Below are positions 50,180-60,088 of a stretch of 64,000 nucleotides of DNA, in pieces. This stretch comes from Promethearchaeota archaeon (GTDB lineage: Archaea > Asgardarchaeota > Lokiarchaeia > Sigyniarchaeales > SOKP01). The stretch covers positions 46,540-110,539 of the forward strand of contig JBHLNT010000001.1 in NCBI GenBank assembly GCA_048941265.1, in the 5' to 3' direction. Positions within the stretch are counted from its first letter, which is position 1, and each line of letters opens with the position of its first letter. Under the pieces are notes generated by a model that was not told where the DNA came from, made no database searches, and worked only from the letters and a program-made list of their open reading frames with translations. The translations under genes and the position numbers were made by a program.

Positions 50180-50770
50180 TTAGTAATTATAATAATAATC
50201 TTGATTTTTTCTCTTACGAGTAAATATGTAGCCGAATAGGAATCCTCCCACTAAACCAAATAAATGAGCCCATAGATTTATTCCAGGAGCAAGTGAAGCA
50301 ATTATGAAGTAAAATAGGTAAAATATACCTAAAAAAATTAATGTTTTATCACCATCTAGCATAAATAAAACAAACGAAGCACCTATTAAACCGAAAATTG
50401 CTCCTGATGCACCAAGACTTATGACATTTAGTGGTAATAGAATTAATGAAAAAAGATTACCTATTAACCCTGAAATAAAATAAATAATCAGATATTCAAT
50501 TTTAGAGTAATTATTCTCAACAGCAGTACCAAATAGCAATAAAGCTAGCATATTTGAAAAAATATGTAATATATCAGCATGGAGAAACATTGAAGTTATT
50601 AATCTATAAAATTCTAAATCGTTTATAATTTTAGAATTTATTTGTACTAATTGAAGGATAAATTCGAGGGGTAATAATATATTAAAAACAATAAAGCATA
50701 TAGAGTTAATAATAATAAGGCCTTGTGTAATTTTTGCCTTCTTAAGGCTATCAGCATCAAGAACATACAT
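50180..50770 (-). CDS. rhomboid intramembrane serine protease
   Basis: YRLITSMFLH, HIFSNM, GASG, AHLFG. Confidence 0.93.
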   Translation of the reverse strand: MYVLDADSLKKAKITQGLIIINSICFIVFNILLPLEFILQLVQINSKIINDLEFYRLITSMFLHADILHIFSNMLALLLFGTAVENNYSKIEYLIIYFISGLIGNLFSLILLPLNVISLGASGAIFGLIGASFVLFMLDGDKTLIFLGIFYLFYFIIASLAPGINLWAHLFGLVGGFLFGYIFTRKRKNQDYYYNY

Positions 50771-50841
50771 AATAATTTAAAATAATTAAAAATTTAAATG
50801 TGTTTTTCTATTATCTTTTATATCTTAAGGATTTGGTTATT

Positions 50842-51984
50842 ATGGAAACTAAGGAAAGGTTCGAATTAAAAATACGGTTACTTCTGAATTTGATAAATAA
50901 CGGCTATTTAAGAGATAAAAGACTGCTTAAGGCATTCTTGGAGGAAAAATTGACCGATTTTATACCAAAGCGCCATGCACTTAAAGCTAGAATTTATGAA
51001 GATGCACCAAGTCTTTTCTATTTTGATAGAAAAAATCCAGAAAATTTAAGGACTATTTCTGCGCCACACATGATTTCGATTATGTTACAAGGTTTAGTAT
51101 TAGGTGAAGATGATGATTTATTAATTCTGGGAGCGAAGAGTGGATATATAGCCGCTCTAGCTCATAAATTATCTCCTAAAGGTAAGATTGTAATTCTTGA
51201 AGCAAATTCAAAAATAGCTAAAATTACAGAAAGAAATTTAGATAAATTAAATTATAAAAACATTGAAGTCATAGTGAAGAATCCTTTAGATGGATTGGTT
51301 GAAAAAAGTCCATGGCAAAAAATTTTAGTAACAGGTGCAATAAAACAAGAAAGGATATATCCTCTATTAAAACAACTTGATCCTAAATCAGGTGTTCTCT
51401 TCGCACCAATTGGGGAAGATATTATCCAAACTTATACTCAAATTTTAAGGTTAGATAATAATTTTTATGGAAAAAAACAACTCCAAGTAAGATTTACTCC
51501 CCTGATCACTGATATTGAATTAGATGATTTGGAATTGATAATTGACTTTGATGATTTAGAGATCTGTGAGGATTTTGATTCTACTACTAATAGGATGGCC
51601 CATTTGAACTGTAAAAATATATCGATAACATATGCATCAGAGATATTAGATGACATTGAATTAAAGCCGTTTTCGAAGTTTGAATCTTTAAAAATTGATT
51701 TAAATGATGTAGCAGTAGTATTTTTAGAAAATATCAACCAAACAATAGATATCCTAAAAAAAGAAGAAAATGTTAATTATGGGATAAATGGAATTAACAA
51801 TATTGAAACTCAAATTAGAGTACTGAAGAGATTTAATAAAGATTTAAATCTCAATTTGAACGAAATTCAAAATATTCTTAATCAAATTTCATTTCGCAAC
51901 AAACAACCGCAAGATTTTGATAATTTACGCGAAAAAGTTAATAATGAACTTAAAAAATTAAAGATAAATATTAGTATAAAATAA
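50842..51984 (+). CDS. protein-L-isoaspartate O-methyltransferase-like protein with long C-terminal extension (tracked start 50800)
   Basis: TISAPHM, LGAKSGY.AA, PWQKILVTGA, QL...G.LFAPIG, VRFTPL. Confidence 0.8.
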   Translation: METKERFELKIRLLLNLINNGYLRDKRLLKAFLEEKLTDFIPKRHALKARIYEDAPSLFYFDRKNPENLRTISAPHMISIMLQGLVLGEDDDLLILGAKSGYIAALAHKLSPKGKIVILEANSKIAKITERNLDKLNYKNIEVIVKNPLDGLVEKSPWQKILVTGAIKQERIYPLLKQLDPKSGVLFAPIGEDIIQTYTQILRLDNNFYGKKQLQVRFTPLITDIELDDLELIIDFDDLEICEDFDSTTNRMAHLNCKNISITYASEILDDIELKPFSKFESLKIDLNDVAVVFLENINQTIDILKKEENVNYGINGINNIETQIRVLKRFNKDLNLNLNEIQNILNQISFRNKQPQDFDNLREKVNNELKKLKINISIK

Positions 51985-51991
51985 AGTATAT

Positions 51992-52510
51992 TTATTTAGC
52001 GAGAAAATTTAGAACTCCTTTCATGAATTGTGGTAAATCATCAGGTGTCCTTGAAGTTATCAAATTTCCATCAACAACTACCGGCTCATCTCTATATTTG
52101 ACCCCTGCGTTTATCATATCGTCGCGTATGGCGAAATAACTAGTAGCTTCTCTATCTTTGACTATTTTAGCGGAGATCAAAACCCAACCTGCATGACAAA
52201 TTGCACCTACTAACTTGCCTTGTTCATTTATCTTTGAAACAAACTCTAAAATAGTTTTATTTCTCCTTAAATAATCGGGATTCTTGGTTCCCCCTGGTAT
52301 AATAACTCCATCATAATCCTCAGGTTGTACTTCATCTATTTTTTTATTTGGCATAATTGGATAGCCCCATTTTCCTTTGATTTCTTTCTTTGTTAGGCTA
52401 ATCAGCTCTACTTCATATCCCTCTTCTATCAATCTTATTCTCGGATAATGCAGTTCTAAGTCTTCATATCCATCAGTTCCTAAAATTGCTATTTTTTTTG
52501 TCAATATCAA
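51992..52510 (-). CDS. pfpI: PfpI/DJ-1 family protein
   Basis: YEDLE, IPGG, AICHAG, ITSRTPDDL; AAGGAGG SD. Confidence 0.92.
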   Translation of the reverse strand: MILTKKIAILGTDGYEDLELHYPRIRLIEEGYEVELISLTKKEIKGKWGYPIMPNKKIDEVQPEDYDGVIIPGGTKNPDYLRRNKTILEFVSKINEQGKLVGAICHAGWVLISAKIVKDREATSYFAIRDDMINAGVKYRDEPVVVDGNLITSRTPDDLPQFMKGVLNFLAK

Positions 52511-52601
52511 ATCCTCCTTTATTAATTTATTGGATTAATTACAACAAAATAATGTTAATATTTTAGCATTTTCATTATATATCATTAAATTTTACTAAAA
52601 G

Positions 52602-52619
52602 CCGATAATAAATTATCGG
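52602..52619. promoter_or_regulatory. perfect inverted repeat CCGATAAT-aa-ATTATCGG (operator or terminator hairpin)
   Basis: 8-bp arms with 2-bp spacer, between the end of the 52652 gene and the pfpI start. Confidence 0.4.
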
Positions 52620-52651
52620 ATTATTTTTAAGAAATTCTATTTTTAAGAATT

Positions 52652-53314
52652 CTAGTTGGAGACGATAAAATTCATTACACCTATATAAATAACAAATATC
52701 GCTATAAGTATTAATAACATATTATAAGGTGTTGGAAATATTCTAAAAGGAGTGTTTTTTTTATATGAGTTCATTCTTTTTTGTCCATATTTAGGGAAAA
52801 AGATATATTTTTCTTCTAAAAATGCCTGTAATTCAAACAGTAGGATCAAAAAGGGGGCAAGTAATAAAGATATAAATGAATCAAAAATAAAAGATAACCC
52901 TAAGAAGATAATAGCCCAAAAAGCGAGTTTTGGATTCCTCATAATCTCGAAAACTCCTTTTATATTAATAGTTATCACTCCATCAGCAATGTACTCTCTA
53001 TTATTTTTAAACTTTGTTTCTAATTTAATTCCAACGATAATAAATATAATTCCTAAAATTAAGAACCATATCCATAATTCTTGAAAGTAACTTTCTTGAT
53101 TATTGAACTCAGTAAAAAAACCAGAATTTATTATTGGTATTGATATAAGGGGAATCGACCACAAGATAACATAAATTTTTTTGTAGATGCGCCAAAATTT
53201 CGTATTAATGTCTTTAGATCTTAAAAAGATTATCCAATATAAGAAATAATTTATAAAAAAGACCAGAACTAAAACAATATTTAGAATTATCAGAAGAATC
53301 ATAATAAATTCCAA
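52652..53314 (-). CDS. ICMT/PEMT-like membrane methyltransferase-family protein (divergent)
   Basis: GVFEIMRNP (cf. G.Y..VRHP), EEKY...YG...Y...TP. Confidence 0.6.
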   Translation of the reverse strand: MEFIMILLIILNIVLVLVFFINYFLYWIIFLRSKDINTKFWRIYKKIYVILWSIPLISIPIINSGFFTEFNNQESYFQELWIWFLILGIIFIIVGIKLETKFKNNREYIADGVITINIKGVFEIMRNPKLAFWAIIFLGLSFIFDSFISLLLAPFLILLFELQAFLEEKYIFFPKYGQKRMNSYKKNTPFRIFPTPYNMLLILIAIFVIYIGVMNFIVSN

Positions 53315-53637
53315 TGTATTTTTACTTTTTATCTGTTATTAAATAATTTATGTTCATATTATTAATTAACTAATTTTATAATGTAATGTAATGGTTGCAG
53401 TATAATCACTCATACCGCTGTAACATAGAATAACATTTATTTGTTCATGAACATTACAAAAATTATTTATAATTCAAGCACTTCGCTCTTTTAGGGATAA
53501 AATTAAATTTATGATTCATTTCTGAGAAAAACCCTCAAAATATTAAAGATTTAATAATAATTAATAAAAAATTTTTTAATTTTTGAAGGTTTTATAGAAT
53601 TATAATCTTTTAATTATAGTATGATAATTTGTTTTAA

Positions 53638-54885
53638 ATGCCGGAACTTATACCTTTGAGAAGTTTTTATTATAAGATTGGGAGAAATGATCCAGAAAGA
53701 TTAAAAAAATTAATAGCTCCTCCTTATGATGTTATTTCTGAAGAAGAATTAATTGAAATGAAAAAAGATCCGGATAATATATGTCATATAATACTCCCAG
53801 AAACATATAAAGATGCTGGTAATAAATTAAAACAATTACTAGATTCAAATCAACTTGTTTATGAAAAAAATCGATGTATCGGGATATATGGAATTGAGTA
53901 CAAAAGGCCTGATAATGGCGAAATAATTAGCCGTTATGGATTTGTGGGACTTTTAAAATTAGTAGAAATTTTTCCTGCGAAAGATGGAGTAATTCCACAT
54001 GAAATGACTTTTAAAAAATATACCGATGATAGACTACATTTAATACAAGAAACTAATTCAAACTTTTCTCCAATATTTACAATTTATAATGGTAATGGAA
54101 CTGCGGAAAAACTTTTTAATAACTATATCCATAAAGAACCATTTCTTCAAACCGAGGACAGGGATGGTTTCATACATAAAATATGGAAAGTTTGGAAGGA
54201 AGAGGATATACAAAAGTTCCAGGAAATTGTGAGGAAGCACTCCATCATAATTGCCGATGGACATCATCGTTATATAACAAGCCTTCGCCACAGCCGACAT
54301 GGGGGATGCCAATACATAATGGCACTATTTATTGATTTTAATGATCCCGGTTTAATTATTTACACAAACCAGCGCCAAGTTCATAATGTCACAGCAGCAG
54401 ATATTAAAGAACTTAAAGAGATGGTAAGCAATTATTTTGAAGTTCAAGAGTGTAACAATTATAATACATTAAAAATTCTGATGGAAAAGCGTAAAATAGA
54501 GGGAAAACACGTTTTTGGATGTTATTTCCAAAATAGATACTTATTTCTTCAATTAAAAGAAAAGATTAAACCCGAGAAAGAAATAGAAAATAGTCATTCC
54601 GATGAATGGAAAAATCTCGATTTACCAATATTGCACGATATCCTTTTCACTAAATGTCTCAATATAAAACCAGAAAATATCTCTTATATTAAAGATGTAA
54701 AAAAGGGATTACAAAATGTAGAGGACGGAATTATAAAAGCAATTTTTATTGTAAATCCGACCACATTAGAGGAGATACATAGAATCACTCATTTGGGAGA
54801 GATTATGCCCCAGAAATCGACTTATTTTTATCCTAAACCTCTTTCTGGTTTAATTGTACATATACACACGAACGAAATATTGTAA
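53638..54885 (+). CDS. DUF1015 family protein
   Basis: APPYDVI, PHE.T, IADGHHRY, MPQKSTYFYPK. Confidence 0.92.
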   Translation: MPELIPLRSFYYKIGRNDPERLKKLIAPPYDVISEEELIEMKKDPDNICHIILPETYKDAGNKLKQLLDSNQLVYEKNRCIGIYGIEYKRPDNGEIISRYGFVGLLKLVEIFPAKDGVIPHEMTFKKYTDDRLHLIQETNSNFSPIFTIYNGNGTAEKLFNNYIHKEPFLQTEDRDGFIHKIWKVWKEEDIQKFQEIVRKHSIIIADGHHRYITSLRHSRHGGCQYIMALFIDFNDPGLIIYTNQRQVHNVTAADIKELKEMVSNYFEVQECNNYNTLKILMEKRKIEGKHVFGCYFQNRYLFLQLKEKIKPEKEIENSHSDEWKNLDLPILHDILFTKCLNIKPENISYIKDVKKGLQNVEDGIIKAIFIVNPTTLEEIHRITHLGEIMPQKSTYFYPKPLSGLIVHIHTNEIL

Positions 54886-54987
54886 TAGCGAATAAGATTT
54901 CTAAGTAAAAAAAATAGTTTAAACTTATTTTGGTTATATCAAAAAATTAAAAAAAAATATAAGAAATGAAAATAAGTCTTAAAAAAA

Positions 54988-57108
54988 TTACTCGTATTTA
55001 TTTTTAAATTCTGTTAATTTGGCAATTACTTTATCTCTAGCTTCTCCTACAATTATTTTTGTGTTTTCCTTTAGATCTTTTGCAAATTGCATCATTTGGT
55101 GGAGAATTGGTCCTGGAGGTAACTCATCTCTTTTAGTTTCTAATATTTCACTTAATTGGAAACCTGTTATTCCTTGTTCTACTTTTTGAAAGATACTAGA
55201 GAATATTTCATGGACCTTTACTGATTTCGATTGGCTTAAATCAGCAGCATGTGGGACTTCTGTAGCTGAAGGGGCTGTTTTGCTTGATGTTCCGCCTGTA
55301 CCCTCTCTCCCTAAAACTATGACAGCTGGTTCTGTTCTTGGATAATCACCTTGACCTGAACAACTATAGTTAATATTTACTGAATCATTCCCTCTCAGTT
55401 CTACAATTTTTATTTGCATTTCAGAACCGACCATCTCAAAAGGGAGATCAAAATTAGTCTCTGTTAATGTAAAACCTTCTGGGATTTTATCCTTGACTAT
55501 AATGTTTTCTAATTCAACATCTCCTTTATTTTGAATTCGTACCGTAATAGTAAATTCTCCTTCTGTGAGTCCAGGTTTGACACTTTTAAGAGTTTTTAAT
55601 TTACGCGCAACATATTTTATTTTAATGACAGGCTCTTCAGGTGGACTGATTATAAATTCTTTACCCTTTACTGGAACATTTGTTTTAATCTGTACGGGTG
55701 TATTATACCTTACTTCGGGTTTAGGATTTTTTGCCAAAAGAGGATAACTCATGAGAACTTCTGCTCCCGGAGGAACTTGCTTTTCTAAGCTTTTTAACTT
55801 GATAGTAATTAGGTGTTTAGAGTCGGGATTTTGATCATCCGGAGCAATTTCAATTTTATCAATAAATTCTGCTCTTTCTTGTATTGCAACAGTTCCATCA
55901 GGATTTTTTAATTCTATTTTCAACTCTTTCATTAAGGGAGGGACAAAGTCAGGTGGGATCTCATCAATGATTTCGAGGGAATCAAAAGTCGAAGTTCCCT
56001 TGTTAGGAATTGTATTCACAATAGTCATATCTGTATTAGCATAGGCCGCTATTTCTGGAGGATTAATTGCCTTATGTACTTCAGCACTTAAGACATGATA
56101 ATAGGTAGGTTCCTTGATAATTTCTCCAATGACTCTAGTAATTACACCAAAGAGAGGAGTAAAGACTATTTCAGATTCTAACTCGGGTACGTTAGCGGAT
56201 TCTATTGGAAAATCTCTCTCCCATGAAGAATCTGGATTTAGCTCTACATTAGGTGTCTCAGAAACTACAGTTTCTACACCTGTTGGAATTTTATGAGAAA
56301 CTTTAACATCCTCTAGTCGTACTTTAAACTCAGAGTCATTAATAAATTCAACATTACAATCCCATGTTCCGGGATTAGTGCCTTCGTCTCGAGTGACTCC
56401 GCTCATCGAATCTGTTTCACCTCGGACTTCTGGATTAATCATAGTCAATATTTTATTATTAACTAAGTAATTGACTTTCAGACCTCCAAGTGATTGATCT
56501 TTTCTTTCCTTAGCTATGACAGTACAATACACTTCAATCTTAGCAGTTTCTTTAGCATCTAACCCTTGTATTTTCCAATTTAGATTTCGCTTTCCATCTT
56601 TCTCTACCTGATCCGCAGTTCCTGTGTTAGGTGCCTTAATTTCGATATCTTGAAAAAAAGATGGTAATTCCTTCTCAACTGTAATTTCTGTGAAAGGGAT
56701 TTCAAGTGTGTTAGTAAGTGAAAGTTTCAAATTACATTTATTGGCATTTTCATAAAGAAAGGCATTATTAGCGGTAACTGAAATATCCCGTTCAGCATCA
56801 AGAACTTCTAAAACTTTTAATACAGGTTCTTTTACATTTTGAATCTCATAGTCCTTTTTGAATTCTTGAGCAGGATTAATAGAACCAACGTTTAATACTT
56901 TTTCTAAATTTGTATTGAGAACTTCTTTTAAATCGCATGTAATGTTCCAAAGCCTACTTTTATCGGAAGTATTTTTAATAAGTAATGTTCCCTTTGCTTT
57001 GATTTCCTTAATGGCATGATCTCCGGTTGCTCCAATTCCCGTTGGAGCTAGAACTATGTTTTCATAATCGGTAATATCGACAACTATTAGGTTTTTTAAT
57101 TCTGACAT
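54988..57108 (-). CDS. large multi-beta-sandwich protein, no signal peptide (mu-homology-like N-terminus, DUF11-like repeats)
   Basis: Repeated N.G...L..I...D.IP..F strands; acidic; helical C-terminal tail. Confidence 0.7.
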   Translation of the reverse strand: MSELKNLIVVDITDYENIVLAPTGIGATGDHAIKEIKAKGTLLIKNTSDKSRLWNITCDLKEVLNTNLEKVLNVGSINPAQEFKKDYEIQNVKEPVLKVLEVLDAERDISVTANNAFLYENANKCNLKLSLTNTLEIPFTEITVEKELPSFFQDIEIKAPNTGTADQVEKDGKRNLNWKIQGLDAKETAKIEVYCTVIAKERKDQSLGGLKVNYLVNNKILTMINPEVRGETDSMSGVTRDEGTNPGTWDCNVEFINDSEFKVRLEDVKVSHKIPTGVETVVSETPNVELNPDSSWERDFPIESANVPELESEIVFTPLFGVITRVIGEIIKEPTYYHVLSAEVHKAINPPEIAAYANTDMTIVNTIPNKGTSTFDSLEIIDEIPPDFVPPLMKELKIELKNPDGTVAIQERAEFIDKIEIAPDDQNPDSKHLITIKLKSLEKQVPPGAEVLMSYPLLAKNPKPEVRYNTPVQIKTNVPVKGKEFIISPPEEPVIKIKYVARKLKTLKSVKPGLTEGEFTITVRIQNKGDVELENIIVKDKIPEGFTLTETNFDLPFEMVGSEMQIKIVELRGNDSVNINYSCSGQGDYPRTEPAVIVLGREGTGGTSSKTAPSATEVPHAADLSQSKSVKVHEIFSSIFQKVEQGITGFQLSEILETKRDELPPGPILHQMMQFAKDLKENTKIIVGEARDKVIAKLTEFKNKYE

Positions 57109-57301
57109 TCTTGTTAAACCTCAAATTCTTTTATAACACGAACTTTTGTAAACAAAATTCTGGTTTTTTTTCTAAAATAAAATTTAATAAATAGTGTTTT
57201 ACACTTTTTTAAACATTTATATTTCCAAAATCATTTTAAATAGGAATTATTAAATTACTTCAAAATTTGCTTGATTATAATTATTGGATTGCTTTTTATA
57301 A

Positions 57302-58159
57302 ATGGGAAATGAATATTTTTGGACTATTGTCAAGAAATATAATTCATTGATGAAATCATCAATAATAGGTCCAAATTGTATAGATCCAAGTATTTGTAAA
57401 GGAGATTGTTGTTCTATCAAGATTGATGTTCCTAAAGTGCTAGCTAAGGAATATATTAAAAGAGGGTATGCCTCTGAAAAGGATTTTATTCGAAGCGATA
57501 TTTTTACTTTTCAACTACGTTTCGACGATAATACTGGAAAATGTTTCTTGTATGATAAAAAGATTAATGGATGCAAAGTTCATAATTCAGGGATTAAACC
57601 TCCTCAATGCTGGATCTATCCTACTGGCTTCTCAAATGCTGAAAAGGAAGAGATTTCATGTAAAAAAGCATCAGGTTGGAAAATAATAAATCCAAATAAT
57701 GCCATCCAAGCTGAAAAATTGCTGGAAAAATTTAATTTTTTATGTCAGATTGAGGCTAAAAATGAAATAAGACAAATTAATAAGAGAAATGGTAAAGCAA
57801 AATCCAAGAATTCTAAAGAAAAGATAAAAGAATTAAAGAAAAAATTAACAGAAATAGCTCCTAGCCAACTTGGTGGATTTAAAGATAAATGGAATTTTTT
57901 TGATATTTTATTAGCAGACGGGATGTCATTACAAATGAAAAAGTTCTGTAGTATGCATCATAACAAATGTGAATATCCTAGAGATAATTTTTTTGAGTGT
58001 AAAAATATATGTACAATTATCGCAGATAAATTGATTGAGTTCTTACAGGATATTATTTATGAGTATATAAAATCCGAAGGACCAGATACATATGGAGAAT
58101 TTCCTCTTATTAAACTATTTGGATTTGTAAATAATAAGAAAAAATCTCGAATAAAATAA
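57302..58159 (+). CDS. YkgJ-like cysteine-cluster (Zn/Fe-chelating) protein
   Basis: C....CKGDCC, CFLYD...GCKVH...KP.QCWIYP. Confidence 0.75.
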   Translation: MGNEYFWTIVKKYNSLMKSSIIGPNCIDPSICKGDCCSIKIDVPKVLAKEYIKRGYASEKDFIRSDIFTFQLRFDDNTGKCFLYDKKINGCKVHNSGIKPPQCWIYPTGFSNAEKEEISCKKASGWKIINPNNAIQAEKLLEKFNFLCQIEAKNEIRQINKRNGKAKSKNSKEKIKELKKKLTEIAPSQLGGFKDKWNFFDILLADGMSLQMKKFCSMHHNKCEYPRDNFFECKNICTIIADKLIEFLQDIIYEYIKSEGPDTYGEFPLIKLFGFVNNKKKSRIK

Positions 58160-58338
58160 TTTATTTAATATTTTGTCGCTGATTTTAAAGTGTTCTAATT
58201 TAAGATTGGAAAAAGGTAATTGATCCATATCACTTCCATATCACTGCCATTAAATAGAATTCCAGAAAGATATGCATATATATTTATATATTACTAAAAG
58301 AATACAATATATAATCAAAGGTATATGGGTTAGCAGAA

Positions 58339-58713
58339 ATGTTCGAGAATAATTCTATTCAACATGACTTGCGTGAATTAACTAAATTAGTTTTTTCAGA
58401 TAAGTATGATTATATTGATCAGCCACAAAAATTCAAGGGAAAATCTGGAAGGGTCTGGATATTTGATGCCATCGTAAAGAATAACTTGGACATGTTTGGG
58501 ATTTTCATTCGTGATTGGAAACGGGAAATCTCAATAACCCAATTGAGACAGCTGCATAAGGCATGTATTGATGTTTCTGGTATACAAGGCGGTATTATGA
58601 TTTGTAATATGATATCTGATTTCTCTCGAGATTACTGCAGTCAATTCGGAATCCAATTACTCTCGAAAGGACATTTAATTTCAAAATTGAGAAACCGACA
58701 ATTTGAAATTTAA
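58339..58713 (+). CDS. restriction-endonuclease-fold (Mrr-cat/PD-(D/E)XK-like) small protein
   Basis: GKSG..W.FD, FIRDWK, GI.L. Confidence 0.65.
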   Translation: MFENNSIQHDLRELTKLVFSDKYDYIDQPQKFKGKSGRVWIFDAIVKNNLDMFGIFIRDWKREISITQLRQLHKACIDVSGIQGGIMICNMISDFSRDYCSQFGIQLLSKGHLISKLRNRQFEI

Positions 58714-58848
58714 TATAAGGCTCAAATCTAAATTTTTTAAATCAAAAAAAAAAGGTAATTTAATCTAATTTTTAGGAATATCTTAATATTAAATAAAACA
58801 AGGTTAAAAAAAAATTCAAAGTTATTAAGTTATTGGCGAATTAGTACA

Positions 58849-59748
58849 TTATTTGATAAAACCACTTATTTTTAGACCTTTTAAAAACCATTCTATTTGT
58901 AGTTCCAATCCAATCATATTCTCTTTGGTATGCATTTTGGAATTTGGTATAAAAGTCTCATGATAGAGAGAAGCAATATATTTAACTGATGGATTTTCAT
59001 TATACCATTTGATTATGGAGTCTTTTGGTTTAAAGTGTAATTCTTCCATCTCATTTAATATTCTTTCAAAATCTTCATCTGTCCAAACGCCATAATGAGC
59101 TAAGGATATTGAGTTTAGTTTTTCTTTCATATCTCTTAGTTTTTGAAATGTTTTCAAAATCTCTGATTCATTAAATTCAGGTGGCATAAAGGTTGGCTGA
59201 AAGGTATCGTCACTGAGTCTATCAATTATCGCATCACCTACAAAAATATTTTTATTCTTTTTATCAAAAATAGCTATAGAATCCATAGTATGACCAAAAA
59301 AATTCAATACTTCTAATTTTAAACCGTTTAAATCTATAATATCACCTTCTTTTAATGGTGTAACATCTTCTACAGGATCCGTAGTTCCATACTCAAAAAC
59401 ATCATTCATGATCCCAGGATTTTTTAGGTTATTAATAGCATTCTCAGAAGCTAAAACTTCAATGGTCGTTTCTTTCATTAGGTTTTTCAATTTTCCCACA
59501 GACTGCATATGATCCCAATGGGAATGTGTCAATAAGATCTTATGAATTGGAAATATTTCAAATTCCTTTAATTTCTTTACAATTTTTCGTGCTGCAAGAT
59601 TAGATGAAGTATCAACCATCATGCGCATACCATTGTTTTCAATTACATAAACGGAAAGAGTTCCCTCCAATCTGAACAGATTTCCATCTATAAGATAGGT
59701 ATTATCATTAAATTTACCTTCAGTATTTATAAAAACCATTTCTTTCAC
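58849..59748 (-). CDS. metallo-beta-lactamase-fold hydrolase
   Basis: THSHWDH, GHT, GDA, AHYG. Confidence 0.92.
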   Translation of the reverse strand: MKEMVFINTEGKFNDNTYLIDGNLFRLEGTLSVYVIENNGMRMMVDTSSNLAARKIVKKLKEFEIFPIHKILLTHSHWDHMQSVGKLKNLMKETTIEVLASENAINNLKNPGIMNDVFEYGTTDPVEDVTPLKEGDIIDLNGLKLEVLNFFGHTMDSIAIFDKKNKNIFVGDAIIDRLSDDTFQPTFMPPEFNESEILKTFQKLRDMKEKLNSISLAHYGVWTDEDFERILNEMEELHFKPKDSIIKWYNENPSVKYIASLYHETFIPNSKMHTKENMIGLELQIEWFLKGLKISGFIK

Positions 59749-59861
59749 TCTTTTTTTCTTTTTTTAGATTAGAATATATTGTATTATAAAATATGTTTAA
59801 TCTCAGAACATAAAAATATTTGTATTAGGTAATATTATTAATAATGTCTAATGTGAGCATG

Positions 59862-60088
59862 TCATTTTACATATTCGCTTATTTGCAGCCCCTTAAGAAG
59901 CCATTGCAAATCCAATCTTAGCCCCATTATATTTTTTTTTGTGAATTATGAAGATCATCATCAATCATCATTCAATGATCGTTGTTTTCAATTATGGAAA
60001 TGGCAGCATTTCCTTTCATTCTAAATAATTGCCCATCTATGGGAGACGTATTTTCATTAAATGTTGCTTCAGAATTTATAAAAACCAT
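59862..60088 (-). pseudogene. internally deleted third MBL-hydrolase paralog
   Basis: Begins MVFINSEATFNENTSPIDGQLFRMKG and, in another frame, ends IMGLRLDLQWLLKGLQISEYVK*, matching both termini of the flanking paralogs. Confidence 0.85.

Noticed and set aside
58339-58713. Restriction-modification or defence island
   Set aside because: Single small domain with no methyltransferase or other defence genes; the Sir2 gene at 32921 is a standard CobB, not a defence sirtuin
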